Shown: positions 23,527 to 35,700 of the stretch, piece by piece
How the letters are laid out: each line of letters starts with the position of its first letter
Position numbering within the stretch: the first letter of the stretch is position 1
Assembly: GCA_964016885.1 (NCBI GenBank)
Contig: OZ024742.1
Span: 120,032,001 to 120,096,000 of the forward strand
Direction of reading: 5' to 3'
Source of the DNA: Eledone cirrhosa
Lineage: Eukaryota
Length of the DNA stretch: 64,000 nucleotides
Translations under genes and position numbers: made by a program
The notes under the pieces: generated by a model
The model's database searches: none
The model's input: the letters and a program-made list of their open reading frames with translations, nothing else
Told to the model about the DNA's origin: nothing

Positions 23527-26500
23527 ACAATGGTATAGGATAAGACTTGACAATGGTATAGGATAGGACTGGACAATGGTATAGGATAAGACTGGACAAT
23601 GGTATAGGATAGGACTGGACAATGGTATAGGATAGGACTGGACAATGGTATAGGATAAGACTGGACAATGGTATAGGATAAGACTGGACAATGGTATAGG
23701 ATAAGACTGGACAATGGTATAGGATAAGACTGGACAATGGTATAGGATAAGACTGGACAATGGTATAGGATAAGACTGGACAATGGTATAGGATAAGACT
23801 GGACAATGGTATAGGATAAGACTGGACAATGGTATAGGATAAGACTGGACAATGGTATAGGATAAGACTGGACAATGGTATAGGATAAGACTGGACAATG
23901 GTATAGGATAAGACTGGACAATGGTATAGGATAAGACTGGACAATGGTATAGGATAAGACTGGACAATGGTAAAGGATAGGACCGGACAATGGTATAGGA
24001 TAGGACCGGACAATGGTATAGGATAGGACCGGACAATGGTATAGGATAGGACCGGACAATGGTATAGGATAGGACTGGACAATGGTATAGGATAGGACTG
24101 GACAATGGTATAGGATAAGACTGGACAATGGTATAGGATGAGACTGGACAATGGTATAGGATGAGACTGGACAATGGTATAGGATGAGACTGGACAATGG
24201 TATAGGATGAGACTGGACAATGGTATAGGATAGGACTGGACAATGGTATAGGATAGGACTGGACAATGGTATAGGATAAGACTAGACAATGGTATAGGAT
24301 AAGACTAGACAATGGTATAGGATAAGACTAGACAATTGTATAGGATAAGACTGGACAATGGTATAGGATAGGACTGGACAATGGTATAGGATAAGACTGG
24401 ACAATGGTATAGGATAAGACTGGACAAGGGTATAGGATAGGACTGGACAATGGTATAGGATAGGACTGGACAATGGTATAGGATAAGACTGGACAATGGT
24501 ATAGGATAGGACTGGACAATGGTATAGGATAAGGCTGGACAATGGTATAGGATAGGACTGGACAATGGTATAGGATAAGACTGGACAATGGTATAGGATA
24601 AGACTGGACAATGGTATAGGATAAGACTGGACAATGGTATAGGATAAGACTGGACAATGGTATAGGATAGGACTGGACAATGGTATAGGATAGGACTGGA
24701 CAATGGTATAGGATAGGACTAGACAATGGTATAGGATAGGGCTGGACAATGGTATAGGATAGGACTGGACAATGGTATAGGATAGGACTGGACAATGGTA
24801 TAGGATAGGACTGGACAATGGTATAGGATAGGACTGGACAATGGTATAGGATAGGACTGGACAATGGTATAGGATAAGACTAGACAATGGTATAGGATAA
24901 GACTAGACAATTGTATAGGATAAGACTGGACAATGGTATAGGATAGGACTGGACAATGGTATAGGATAAGACTGGACAAGGGTATAGGATAAGACCGGAC
25001 AATGGTATAGGATAGGACTGGACAATGGTATAGGATAAGACTGGACAATGGTATAGGATAGGACTGGACAATGGTATAGGATAGGACTGGACAATGGTAT
25101 AGGATAAGACTGGACAATGGTATAGGATAAGACTGGACAATGGTATAGGATAAGACTGGACAATGGTATAGGATAGGACTGGACAATGGTATAGGATAGG
25201 ACTGGACAATGGTATAGGATAGGACTAGACAATGGTATAGGATAGGACTGGACAATGGTATAGGATAGGACTGGACAATGGTATAGGATAGGACTGGACA
25301 ATGGTATAGGATAGGACTGGACAATGGTATAGGATAGGACTGGACAATGGTATAGGATAAGACTGGACAATGGTATAGGATAAGACTGGACAATGGTACT
25401 GGACAATGGTATAGGATAGGACTGGACAATGGTATAGGATAAGATTGGACAATGGTATAGGATAAGACTGGACAATGGTATAGGATAAGACTGGACAATG
25501 GTATAGGATAGGACTGGACAATGGTATAGGATAGGACTGAACAATGGTATAGGATAAGACTGGACAAGGGTATAGGATAGGACTGGACAATGGTATAGGA
25601 TAAGACTGGACAAGGGTATAGGATAGGACTGGACAATGGTATAGGATAGGACTGGACAATGGTATAGGATAGGACTGGACAATGGTATAGGATAAGACTG
25701 GACAATGGTATAGGATAAGACTGGACAATGGTATAGGATAAGACTGGACAATGGTATAGGATAAGTCTGGACAATGGTATAGGATAAGTCTGGACAATGG
25801 TATAGGATAGGACTGGACAATGGTATAGGATAAGACTGGACAATGGTATAGTATAGGACTGGACAATGGTATAGGATAGGACTGGACAATGGTATAGGAT
25901 AAGACTAGACAATGGTATAGGATAAGACTAGACAATGGTATAGGATAAGACTAGACAATGGTATAGGATAGGACTGGACAATGGTATAGGATAAGACTAG
26001 ACAATGGTATAGGATAAGACTAGACAATGGTATAGGATAGGACTGGACAATGGTATAGGATAAGACTGGACAATGGTATAGGATAGGACTGGACAATGGT
26101 ATAGGATAAGACTGGACAATGGTATAGGATAGGACTGGACAATGGTATAGGATAGGACTGGACAATGGTATAGGATAGGACTGGACAATGGTATAGGATA
26201 AGACTAGACAATGGTATAGGATAGGACTGGACAATGGTATAGGATAAGACTGGACAATGGTATAGGATAGGACTGGACAATGGTATAGGATAGGACTGGA
26301 CAATGGTATAGGATAAGACTAGACAATGGTATAGGATAGGACTGGACAATGGTATAGGATAAGACGGGACAATGGTATAGGATAAGACGGGACAATGGTA
26401 TAGGATAGGACTGGACAATGGTATAGGATAGGACTGGACAATGGTATAGGATAGGACTGGACAATGGTATAGGATAGGACTGGACAATGGTATAGGATAA

Positions 26501-27769
26501 GACTAGACAATGGTATAGGATAGGACTGGACAATGGTATAGGATAAGACTAGACAATGGTATAGGATAGGACTGGACAATGGTATAGGATAAGACGGGAC
26601 AATGGTATAGGATAGGACTGGACAATGGTATAGGATAAGACTGGACAATGGTATAGGATAGGACTGGACAATGGTATAGGATAGGACTGGACAATGGTAT
26701 AGGATAAGACTAGACAATGGTATAGGATAGGACTAGACAATGGTATAGGATAAGACTAGACAATGGTATAGGATAGGACTGGACAATGGTATAGGATAGG
26801 ACTGAACAATGGTATAGGATAAGACTAGACAATGGTATAGGATAAGACTAGACAATGGTATAGGATAGGACTGGACAATGGTATAGGATAAGACTGGACA
26901 ATGGTATAGGATAAGACTGGACAATGGTATAGGATAAGACTGGACAATGGTATAGGATAGGACTGGACAATGGTATAGGATAGGACTGGACAATGGTATA
27001 GGATAAGACTGGACAAGGGTATAGGATAGGACTGGACAATGGTATAGGATAAGACTGGACAATGGAATAGGATAGGACTGGACAATGGTATAGGATAGGA
27101 CAATGGTATAGGATAAGACTGGACAATGGTATAGGATAGGACTGGACAATGGTATAGGATAGGATTGGACAATGGTATAGGATAGGACTGGACAATGGTA
27201 TAGGATAGGACTGGACAATGGTATAGGATAAGACTGGACAAGGGTATAGGATAGGACTGGACAATGGTATAGGATAAGACTGGACAATGGTATAGGATAA
27301 GACTGGACAATGGTATAGGATAAGACTAGACAATGGTATAGGATAGGACTGGACAATGGTATAGGATAGGACTGGACAATGGTATAGGATAGGACTGGAC
27401 AATGGTATAGGATAAGACTGGACAATGGTATAGGATAAGACTGGACAATGGTATAGGATAAGACTAGACAATGGTATAGGATAGGACTGGACAATGGTAT
27501 AGGATAGGACTAGACAATGGTATAGGATAAGACTAGACAATTGTATAGGATAAGACTGGACAATGGTATAGGATAAGACTGGACAATGGTATAGGATAAG
27601 ACTAGACAATGGTATAGGATAGGACTGGACAATGGTATAGGATAGGACTAGACAATGGTATAGGATAGGACTGGACAATGGTATAGGATAGGACTAGACA
27701 ATGGTATAGGATAAGACTAGACAATTGTATAGGATAAGACTGGACAATGGTATAGGATAAGATTGAACA
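23527..27769. repeat. 23-bp tandem satellite/minisatellite, ~184 copies, unit GGACAATGGTATAGGATARGACT
   Basis: Read directly. Main variants are AAG/AGG and TGG/TAG, with rare short internal deletions (~25398, ~27098). Confidence 0.98.
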
Positions 27770-27785
27770 TGAAATAATTACTTAC

Positions 27786-27951
27786 CCATCCATGCGGTAA
27801 TCAGGAAGGGATCTATTTAATGATATCATGTCACTAGCCACTAAATTAAATTGATTAATTTTAAATTTTTCTTTAGATTCTTGCTGCCTGTGAGCTGGCA
27901 CGATGACAGGTTTCCCATTCTCTCCAGGACCTACTGCATGTGGTATCAAAA
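27786..27951 (-). CDS. GALNT1: GALNT1/13-like internal exon (end of stem, [22 protein letters not shown] motif)
   Basis: Structure is catttcag|TT TTG ATA...ATG GAT GG|gtaag, 166 nt, phase 1 to phase 2. It encodes [54 protein letters not shown](G), which closely follows vertebrate GALNT1 GPGEMGKPV...[24 protein letters not shown]. Confidence 0.95.
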
Positions 27952-28973
27952 CTGAAATGAAATGAAATGAAAATAGTTTAATTAGAATGGAAAGATTAAG
28001 TTGATTTCAAATTGAAGGAAAGATACCAGTAAGTTGAAAACAATTGTTTCAGTGTAGAAGAACTGCAGTAACTTTCACGTCATCTTTGGCAGCTATAGTT
28101 AATGAATAAAAGACTTGTGTACCTTTATGTCAACTGTACCTCCTTTAGGAGTTCAAGAGATGAAATTTTACCACCACACCATCTTGCCAGTTTAACATGC
28201 AATTAATAATAATAATAAAAACAGCCCAAAATTGTGATATTTTGATTCATTACCAATACAACAACTTTGAGTGGTTTTCAAAATGCAAATTTTAAGCTAG
28301 ATTTACAATTCTGAATAATCAAATCTCTCAAATGTACATTGGGAACCACTTTGTCTACTCTTTCTGTGGTCACCAGAAGTGCTTCATTTTCATAAGAATA
28401 GAATAAACAGAACGTTGTTAGCAACATACTGCAGTTCCCATGTTCTACTAGTCAAAAGTAAAATGCTCTCTCATCCGTTGATTTACAAAACACTGCTTTT
28501 AACAAAAAATGGAAGTTAAGCTTCAGTTAGTCACAATATCAATGTTCTTTTTGGAAACATGATCTTAACTCAAATGACTCAACTTTCTTACAATAAAACT
28601 ATGGCAACGTTTTCAGGTAGATATTTTCTCCTGGTTAAAATTGAAAAACATTTTGTTATATAAGCAAAAAATCTAAATATATGCTGACAATGGATCAAAA
28701 TTAAATTCACAATCTGAATGTTTCCATTGAATAAAATCTTAACTAGTCAAAATAAAACAAATTCATATAATATCAACACTAAATACTTATATAGCCATAC
28801 AGATACATTTTACCTTTTGTTTCAAGTTAACCTTACATTTTTCACAAAACAATCATTAAGTTTCACTTAAAATGTAACACCATGATAAATCAGTTTGGTA
28901 TTATATTCACATCTCAAATAACTAAACTTGCTTATATTGAAAATATAACCGTTTCTTGTTTTGTAAAACTCAC

Positions 28974-28985
28974 TTGCAATATAAA
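28974..28985 (-). CDS. Candidate 12-nt microexon of the GALNT stem
   Basis: attttcgtgtttttttgttttttattctcag|TTTATATTGCAA|gtgagt: long polypyrimidine tract, consensus donor, length a multiple of 3, open in the required phase 1 (xYIAx). Confidence 0.55.
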
Positions 28986-29970
28986 CTGAGAATAAAAAAC
29001 AAAAAAACACGAAAATATGCTGACTTTAGATCTAAAAATAACAAGTATATTTTTATTTTTAATGCTGACACCAAATTTAGCTAACAAAAAGATGAAATGT
29101 TTATTTCACAATAGAAATATAATTGTTATAAGAAAATGAAAACTGTTAAAGGTTACATAAAAATTCATAGGCCACACATAAATGCTACATTGAACATCAA
29201 TGGCAGTTAAGAAATCAAACTGATAATTGAATATTTTAAAACAAAAGGGATATCAAAGATCACTTGTTAGTTATTGAAAACATTTTTAAAAAAAATGAAG
29301 TGGTTGTATAAACAAAACAATTGCAGTTATTTCTTCTATTCTTAGACTTAGTTAAAGTACTGGAGACAGTCTAGGCTTGGGATGATTAATTTAAAATCTA
29401 TTATATAGCTAAAGTTTGACATTACTTTGGCAAAGGGCCAATATAATCAGTCAATAATATAAGTATCCAAGATCAGGTTCAGTTTCATTCTTGATAGATA
29501 GAAAGATATTTATTCTCCAAAATGAAAATGATGGATATCGTACAGAATATATTAGAATAGGGAATAAAAATATGTTGAATAGACTTTAGATTTCATCTTA
29601 CACAGACTACACTGATAACTGTGAGCTAGTAATGTCAATGAAAACTTGAATGAAATATATAAAATAAATGTGATTATATACATTAAAGATGTGGAACTAT
29701 ATAATAAACAGTCAGTCTTTTGTGAATATTACACATGAACTGTAATTGTTATATCAGAAGTGAATTCAACAAATCAAATGATAAGGAATTTGGTGAATGC
29801 ATCTAATTAGCTCATCATATCAGTAATCATTAGTATCTTCTTAGAAAACATTAACATAGGTTTGTATCACTTTTAAGCATATTTCACACTTTCATTTATT
29901 TTGGAATTTTTCCAAATTTCTCTTTATTTTTCTAATTTCAGCAACAGAACAGTATTATTATTATTAGGGA

Positions 29971-30108
29971 GCAGCACAGTTACGTCCCTTTACGGACTGA
30001 GTTCAAATCCCGTCGAGGTTCACTTTGCCTTTCATCGTTACGGGGGTCAATAAAATAAAGTACCAGTAATACACTGGGTTTGCTGGCTTTGTGCCATAAG
30101 TAGAAACA
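29971..30108 (+). mobile_element. 5'-truncated SINE family A with 11-bp TSD
   Basis: Flanked by ATTATTAGGGA at 29960-29970 and 30109-30119. Confidence 0.85.
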
Positions 30109-31696
30109 ATTATTAGGGAATCTAAGTCCAGAAAGACAACTTTTCAGTCCTGGTACCATGCTTAAATTCCCATCTGGTTCAATTTAACCACATAGCTGTT
30201 GAGTGTCTTTCAGAAAGTCCTGTTTGTTGCAAGAATTTGGGCAACGCTTACAGCCAAGGGATAACAACAATCACTTCATTCACCGATTCTTACTGCATTT
30301 TACTTATGTGGTGCCACTGTTTGTCTGAGGGTACAGTTAAAAACGGTTTCTCAGTGGCGATTCAGGGTCAGATAACTCTGTGAGGAACATCTCAGGAGGC
30401 TGTCTTATTAGCTGGTACATAATGCAGAGTCTTTTCCCAGTTCATTACTAGTGTGCTGAGTACAGGATAGAAGTGCTGAGTACAGGATAGAAGTACTGAA
30501 TAGCTACAATTCATGAATCTTGCCCTTGCCTCTCTACCATAAATCTAAATATTATAAATGAAATGAAGTAAAAAAAATGCTTAATTCGCTGGACAATTTC
30601 CTCTCCTACATCTGTAGTCTTTGGTCCAATATTTACTCCATCTCTCAACTGTTACCTTCTAACTACATATACAAGAAAATACTAAACAGATCTTGTTTCT
30701 TTAATTATAGACAGTAAGAAGAAAAGTGAAAAACAATAAATTTCTAGAGTTCAGAAAGTTAACAAAAATATAAACCTTAGAATGAGGAATGATTCTTGAA
30801 GCATTGTACATATGTGCTTGATCAACTGGCATGGTCATTAAAGCTCAAACTCCAAAACCGTTGGCTTTATAAGAAATAAGAATGTTGGAGCTCCCAAGTC
30901 AGGTAAATAAATAATGATTTCCTCATATGTACAACAGTTTTTTTTTTTTCCATCCAAACCCCACCTCCTCTGCCAAGTCAAATATTTACTTGAGAATCTG
31001 TGGCATCATGTATTACAGTGCAGACATACATCTATTTATCGATATTCCTAATAATGGCCAGGAAATCAATTTTGAGTGTTTTATGGAGCCAAATCCTATT
31101 TGTCTAAGTGAAGTTGGTCAACTGAATATCTTTTAAATAAGACATTTTAGAATGTATGTTACTGGGTAAATCAAGATGAATGCTTTGTTTATTAGGTTTT
31201 TCTTTTTCCCTTCTTCTCATATTGTCTAATCAAGATGCCCAATTTGAATCTAACATATTCTTCAAAAGTGACTGCTAATAAATTCTATTCTGTCTTCACC
31301 TGAGATTTGTATTCCATAACTAAGTGAGGCTCCTGAAGTTTAAAACAATCAGTGTTTGATGAATAGCAGATTGCTGGCTTATTGGCTTTTCTTTTTATGT
31401 TTGACATCAAATTATCAACTTCTCATTGTCAAGGTGTCTTTTCTGTGGGAATCACTCAATATACTACAGGAAATTGTTTAGTTATGTTTTTAAAAGCTAG
31501 AACTGAACTTGATAAATTAGAAATTAATAACAAAATCCTAATGGGAAGCTTTTGTGAAATAAATATCTTGGTTGTATGGTGGTTATAATGGAGAATTAAC
31601 CTTTCCAGTACCATATTTCTGATGAAAGACAAGAATTTGGAGGATTTAGTAATATAACCAAATTTATTATTATTTATCCGATGTTTGAAACACGCC

Positions 31697-31909
31697 TTAA
31701 ACCTTTAGCATTTAAACTGGCCATATCCGGCCAGAATTCTATCCCTTTCTGTTCAAACCAGCCATAACCGACTGCTTATACTGATGTTAAGATATTGTTC
31801 TCAAAATAAATAATATCAAAATCTCGTAGCGTCCATATTATGTGAGATAAAGCCTTTACCATGAAAATACAATAGTAAATATAGAGTAATGTAAATATTA
31901 AAGGGTTAA
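31697..31909. mobile_element. MITE family P1 copy, inserted into a P2 fragment starting at ~31597
   Basis: TTAA-ACCTTTAGCATTTAAACTGGCCATATCCGGCCAGAATTCT ... GTAAATATTAAAGGG-TTAA. The upstream TTAACCTTTCCAGTACCATATTTCT is a P2 left end. Confidence 0.8.
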
Positions 31910-32523
31910 AGGTTCTTATACAAAATTATCTCAAACTGGTAATTTCCCTTAATAGCACTACCAGGCCAATAATTCATCCACTTATTCCTCAGGTTGAAAG
32001 TTTTCCAGACCAAATGAGTTAGCTGATTCTCATTGAGTCCCAGAGTTTTCTAAAGAAGATCATTGGTGTTTCCCACCAACATTTCTCTATTGAAAGCTGA
32101 TAGAAGTTCTACTGGCTAAATTGCAAGGCTAGTAAATGTCTGTGAGAGCCTGATATCATCCCAAATGTCAGGTGCCTAATTTTGGCCTGGCTTTGACCCA
32201 AGACTGCAGCCCCATCAAAGAGATAAACTGTGCAAAAGCAGTATCTCCTGCAATTTCTAATAAAGCTGTAGCTTCAATACAACATCAAGCATTTCACAGC
32301 AAACCTCTTGTATAGAGAGTGATGGTAGTATATGAACTGCATGACTAGCAGAATACATCTCTTACACAAGAAGCAAATAAGGAGATACTCCAATATAGCC
32401 AAATGGAAACTGGAAAGGCAGGACAAGGTGATGTAATCACTTGCGACATCTACCTGACTTTTCAAGAATAGCTTCCTCTCCATCTTTTTCTGGGTGATAT
32501 TAGCATGTACTCTCAATAATAAT

Positions 32524-32646
32524 TGTTTCTACTTTTGGCACAAGGCCAGCAATTATCCCAGTGCATTACTGGTATTTTATTTTATCGACCCCGTAACGAT
32601 GAAAGGCAAAGTTAACCTCGGCGGGATTTGAACTCAGAATGGCAAG
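32524..32646 (-). mobile_element. 5'-truncated SINE family A with 11-bp TSD
   Basis: Reverse complement of family A, flanked by TCAATAATAAT at 32513-32523 and 32647-32657. Confidence 0.85.
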
Positions 32647-33304
32647 TCAATAATAATAGGAATAATTCATAACATTTGAACAAGGACACAGATTTTTGAG
32701 TACATTGATTTGTTGCATCTCAGGAGTTGACAATCACTTGTTTTACTGACTATGGATATAGGAATGCTAAAGGCACACCAGGCAGAAACTTGAACCTAAA
32801 CAATAAAGGGACATAATCAAATACCACAAAGAATTTTGTCTAGTGCCTAAACATTTGTGAAACAATGTTATTCATAACAACATTAGAAGCTTCTTACTGA
32901 AGGATAAAGCCTCAAATATTTTATAACGGTCAGAGAAACTCTATATATTTTCCTTGATCAATAAATATATCAATGAAAGAAATTCTAACTGGAATTGAAA
33001 TGGAGTTACAAACCCAATGCACTAAGAACTTTCACCTCAAAGTGCAAGACCAATTTTGGATTGATCCTAATATATTTCATTAACCTGTAGGGATATCTAA
33101 AGCAAACTCGGCTTCAGCAAGTTAGGAAACAGGCAAATACTAAACCATGTGTATTGCAAAGCAACCAGATAATATATCTACTAATTCTCCCCTCATCCCT
33201 TCCCTACCAATAACAGATCCAGTCAAGAATCACTAAATCCCCAGGCATATCTGGAGTATCCTTTTCTATAGCTATTTAAACATCAGTGTGAATTTTTCAC
33301 GATG

Positions 33305-33335
33305 CAAATATACAAACATATATATATATATATAT

Positions 33336-33371
<36 letters not shown>

Positions 33372-33896
33372 ATATACATGTATACACACACATGTATATA
33401 TATGTATACACATACATACATTCATATATATGTACAAACATATATATATGTATACACATACATACATACATATATATGTACAAACATATATATATATGTA
33501 TACACATACATACATACATATATATGTACAAACATATATATATATGTATACACATACATACATACATATATATGTACAAACATATATATATGTATACACA
33601 TACATACATATATATATATATGTACACACATACATACACATACATACATATATATACACACACATATATATGTATACACATACATACATATATACACACA
33701 CATATATATATACACATACATACATATATATATATACACACACACACATATATATATATATATACACACATACATACATACACACACACATCTATATATA
33801 TATATATATATAGGTATGTATACACATACATACATATATACATACATACATACGTATACATATATATTTATATATATATGTATACATATATATTTT

Positions 33897-33932
<36 letters not shown>

Positions 33933-33977
33933 TCTGTATATTTATATATATGTATACATATATATTTATATATATGT

Positions 33978-34041
<64 letters not shown>

Positions 34042-34070
34042 ATATATATATATCTGTGTGTGCATATATA

Positions 34071-34104
<34 letters not shown>

Positions 34105-34235
34105 CATATATATATGTATGTGTATGTATGTATGTATGTATGTATGTATGTATGTATGTATGTATGTATGTATGTATGTATGTATGTATGTATGTATGTA
34201 TGTATGTATGTATATATATATGTATAGTATGTATA
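33305..34235. repeat. Compound TA/CA/TATG microsatellite field with a ~42-bp superperiod at its start
   Basis: Low-complexity sequence read directly. ATGTACAAACATATATATATATGTATACACATACATACATAC recurs several times at ~33430-33600. Confidence 0.95.
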
Positions 34236-34629
34236 AATAATTTGATAAGAACACATGTCAAAAAGCTATGGAAACATTTTTCAAGGTGGATTAACCCATC
34301 AATATAAATATGCTATTCTGAATTGAAGCAGCTTCTGGCACTCAGCTACTGCCAGTTGAGAACATTCATAGAGCACTATTCATATATTTTAAAGTCATAT
34401 TCCTTCAACTTGCTGGAAAATATTGGTTGAAAGCCAGGTGAAAGCTGTCCATATAACAGAAGATATGCTCTTTTATCAGTAATGCCAAGAGTCGAAACAA
34501 CATTTGACTAAATTTCTTATATAAGTAACAGGTATTATGAATACAAAGAGGACATCAGTTAATACCAAATTGCTTTTAATATAATTTTTATTTCTGAATG
34601 TGTGTGACTGATAGAGAAAGAGAGCGGGT

Positions 34630-34661
34630 TGCATACATACACACACACACATATATATGTG

Positions 34662-34703
<42 letters not shown>

Positions 34704-34739
34704 GATGTATATATATATATATATATGTGTGTGTAAGTG

Positions 34740-34819
<80 letters not shown>
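34630..34819. repeat. Compound (TA)/(GT) microsatellite ending at the mariner TA target
   Basis: Read directly. Confidence 0.95.
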
Positions 34820-35700
34820 CAGGGTGCGGACGATATTTGTTCGCAATTTTTAACTGCTAATTTTATGCAAATTTTTTTTACTTCCGTTGTCACTCTTGTC
34901 TTCATAAAAACAGTGACTATATTTCCATTATTTATTTTCAGAATAATTGATTATGAATAATTTTGAACCTCCAAATTTGTGGAAGAGGCACGGAGTTCTT
35001 CTTGGAATCCGCGCCGCGAGGACAAATAAGACCAGAAGATCAACTCCCAGAACAACAGGTTGGTCGCTGTCTCATCCAAAGACGTGCCCAGAGTCATGCA
35101 GACAAAGTTTCCAGCGACAACATTGGTCTTAGGTGTCATCAGCAGTCAAGGTGACGTCATGCCACCTCACTTCTTCCCTGAGGGCCTCAAGCTGAACACC
35201 GATGGCTACATCCGCGTTCTGAGCGAGGTAGTAAAGTCCTGGATTGACCAGGTAGCTGCAGGTAGGTCGTACGTGTGGCAGCAAGATTCAGCGCCCTGCC
35301 ATACCAGCCGAAAGACCCAAGCCTGGCTGTCAGAGAACTTCGTCGACTACACTTCACCTGACATCTGGCCTCCCAGCTCGCCTGACTGCCGCCCCCTCGA
35401 CTTCTTTGTGTGCGGCACAGTGGAACGAGACACCAACAAATCTAGCTGCAATACAAAAGACGATCTGAAGGCCAGGATCACAAGTGTCTTTAGGGGCCTA
35501 AGTCGGGAGACAGTGACGAAGGCCTGTAGCCGATTCCGAGGCCGTCATCAAAGCCAATGGCGGGTTTACCGAGTGAGATCGAAAGAACAAGTCATGAAGA
35601 CAAACTGACCCAAGTTTGATAAATATATCTTAAAAAATAAAACTACTGTGTTAATTTTTCCTAGACAGTAATCTTGCGAACAGATATCGTCCGCACCCTA
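34820..35700 (+). mobile_element. Tc1/mariner DD37D (maT/Bmmar1-type) transposon, internally deleted
   Basis: 27-bp TIRs CAGGGTGCGGACGATATTTGTTCGCAA / TTGCGAACAGATATCGTCCGCACCCTA (25/27) flanked by TA. The transposase QQDSAPCH...WPPSSPDCRPLDF has 37 residues between the 2nd and 3rd Asp. The N-terminus MNNFEPPNLW.. is fused out of frame to the catalytic region, so the HTH and first Asp are lost. Confidence 0.92.

Noticed and set aside
10775-23537. Identical 15-mer TTAAACAATGGTATA at the palindrome (10775) and at the satellite edge (23523)
   Set aside because: An AT-rich 15-mer match is plausible by chance among all pairs in a window this size, and the similarity does not extend.
23477-27678. 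Overlapping SSLILYHCPVLSYTIVQSYPIPL ORFs in all three minus frames
   Set aside because: Translation artefact of a stop-poor 23-bp repeat. The common TAG variant breaks the frames at random.
33283-34960. Y/I/H/T/V/C/M-rich ORFs (also at 8373-9295, 10606-11226 and 17224-17502)
   Set aside because: Translations of TA/CA microsatellites or of the antisense strand of LINE fragments.
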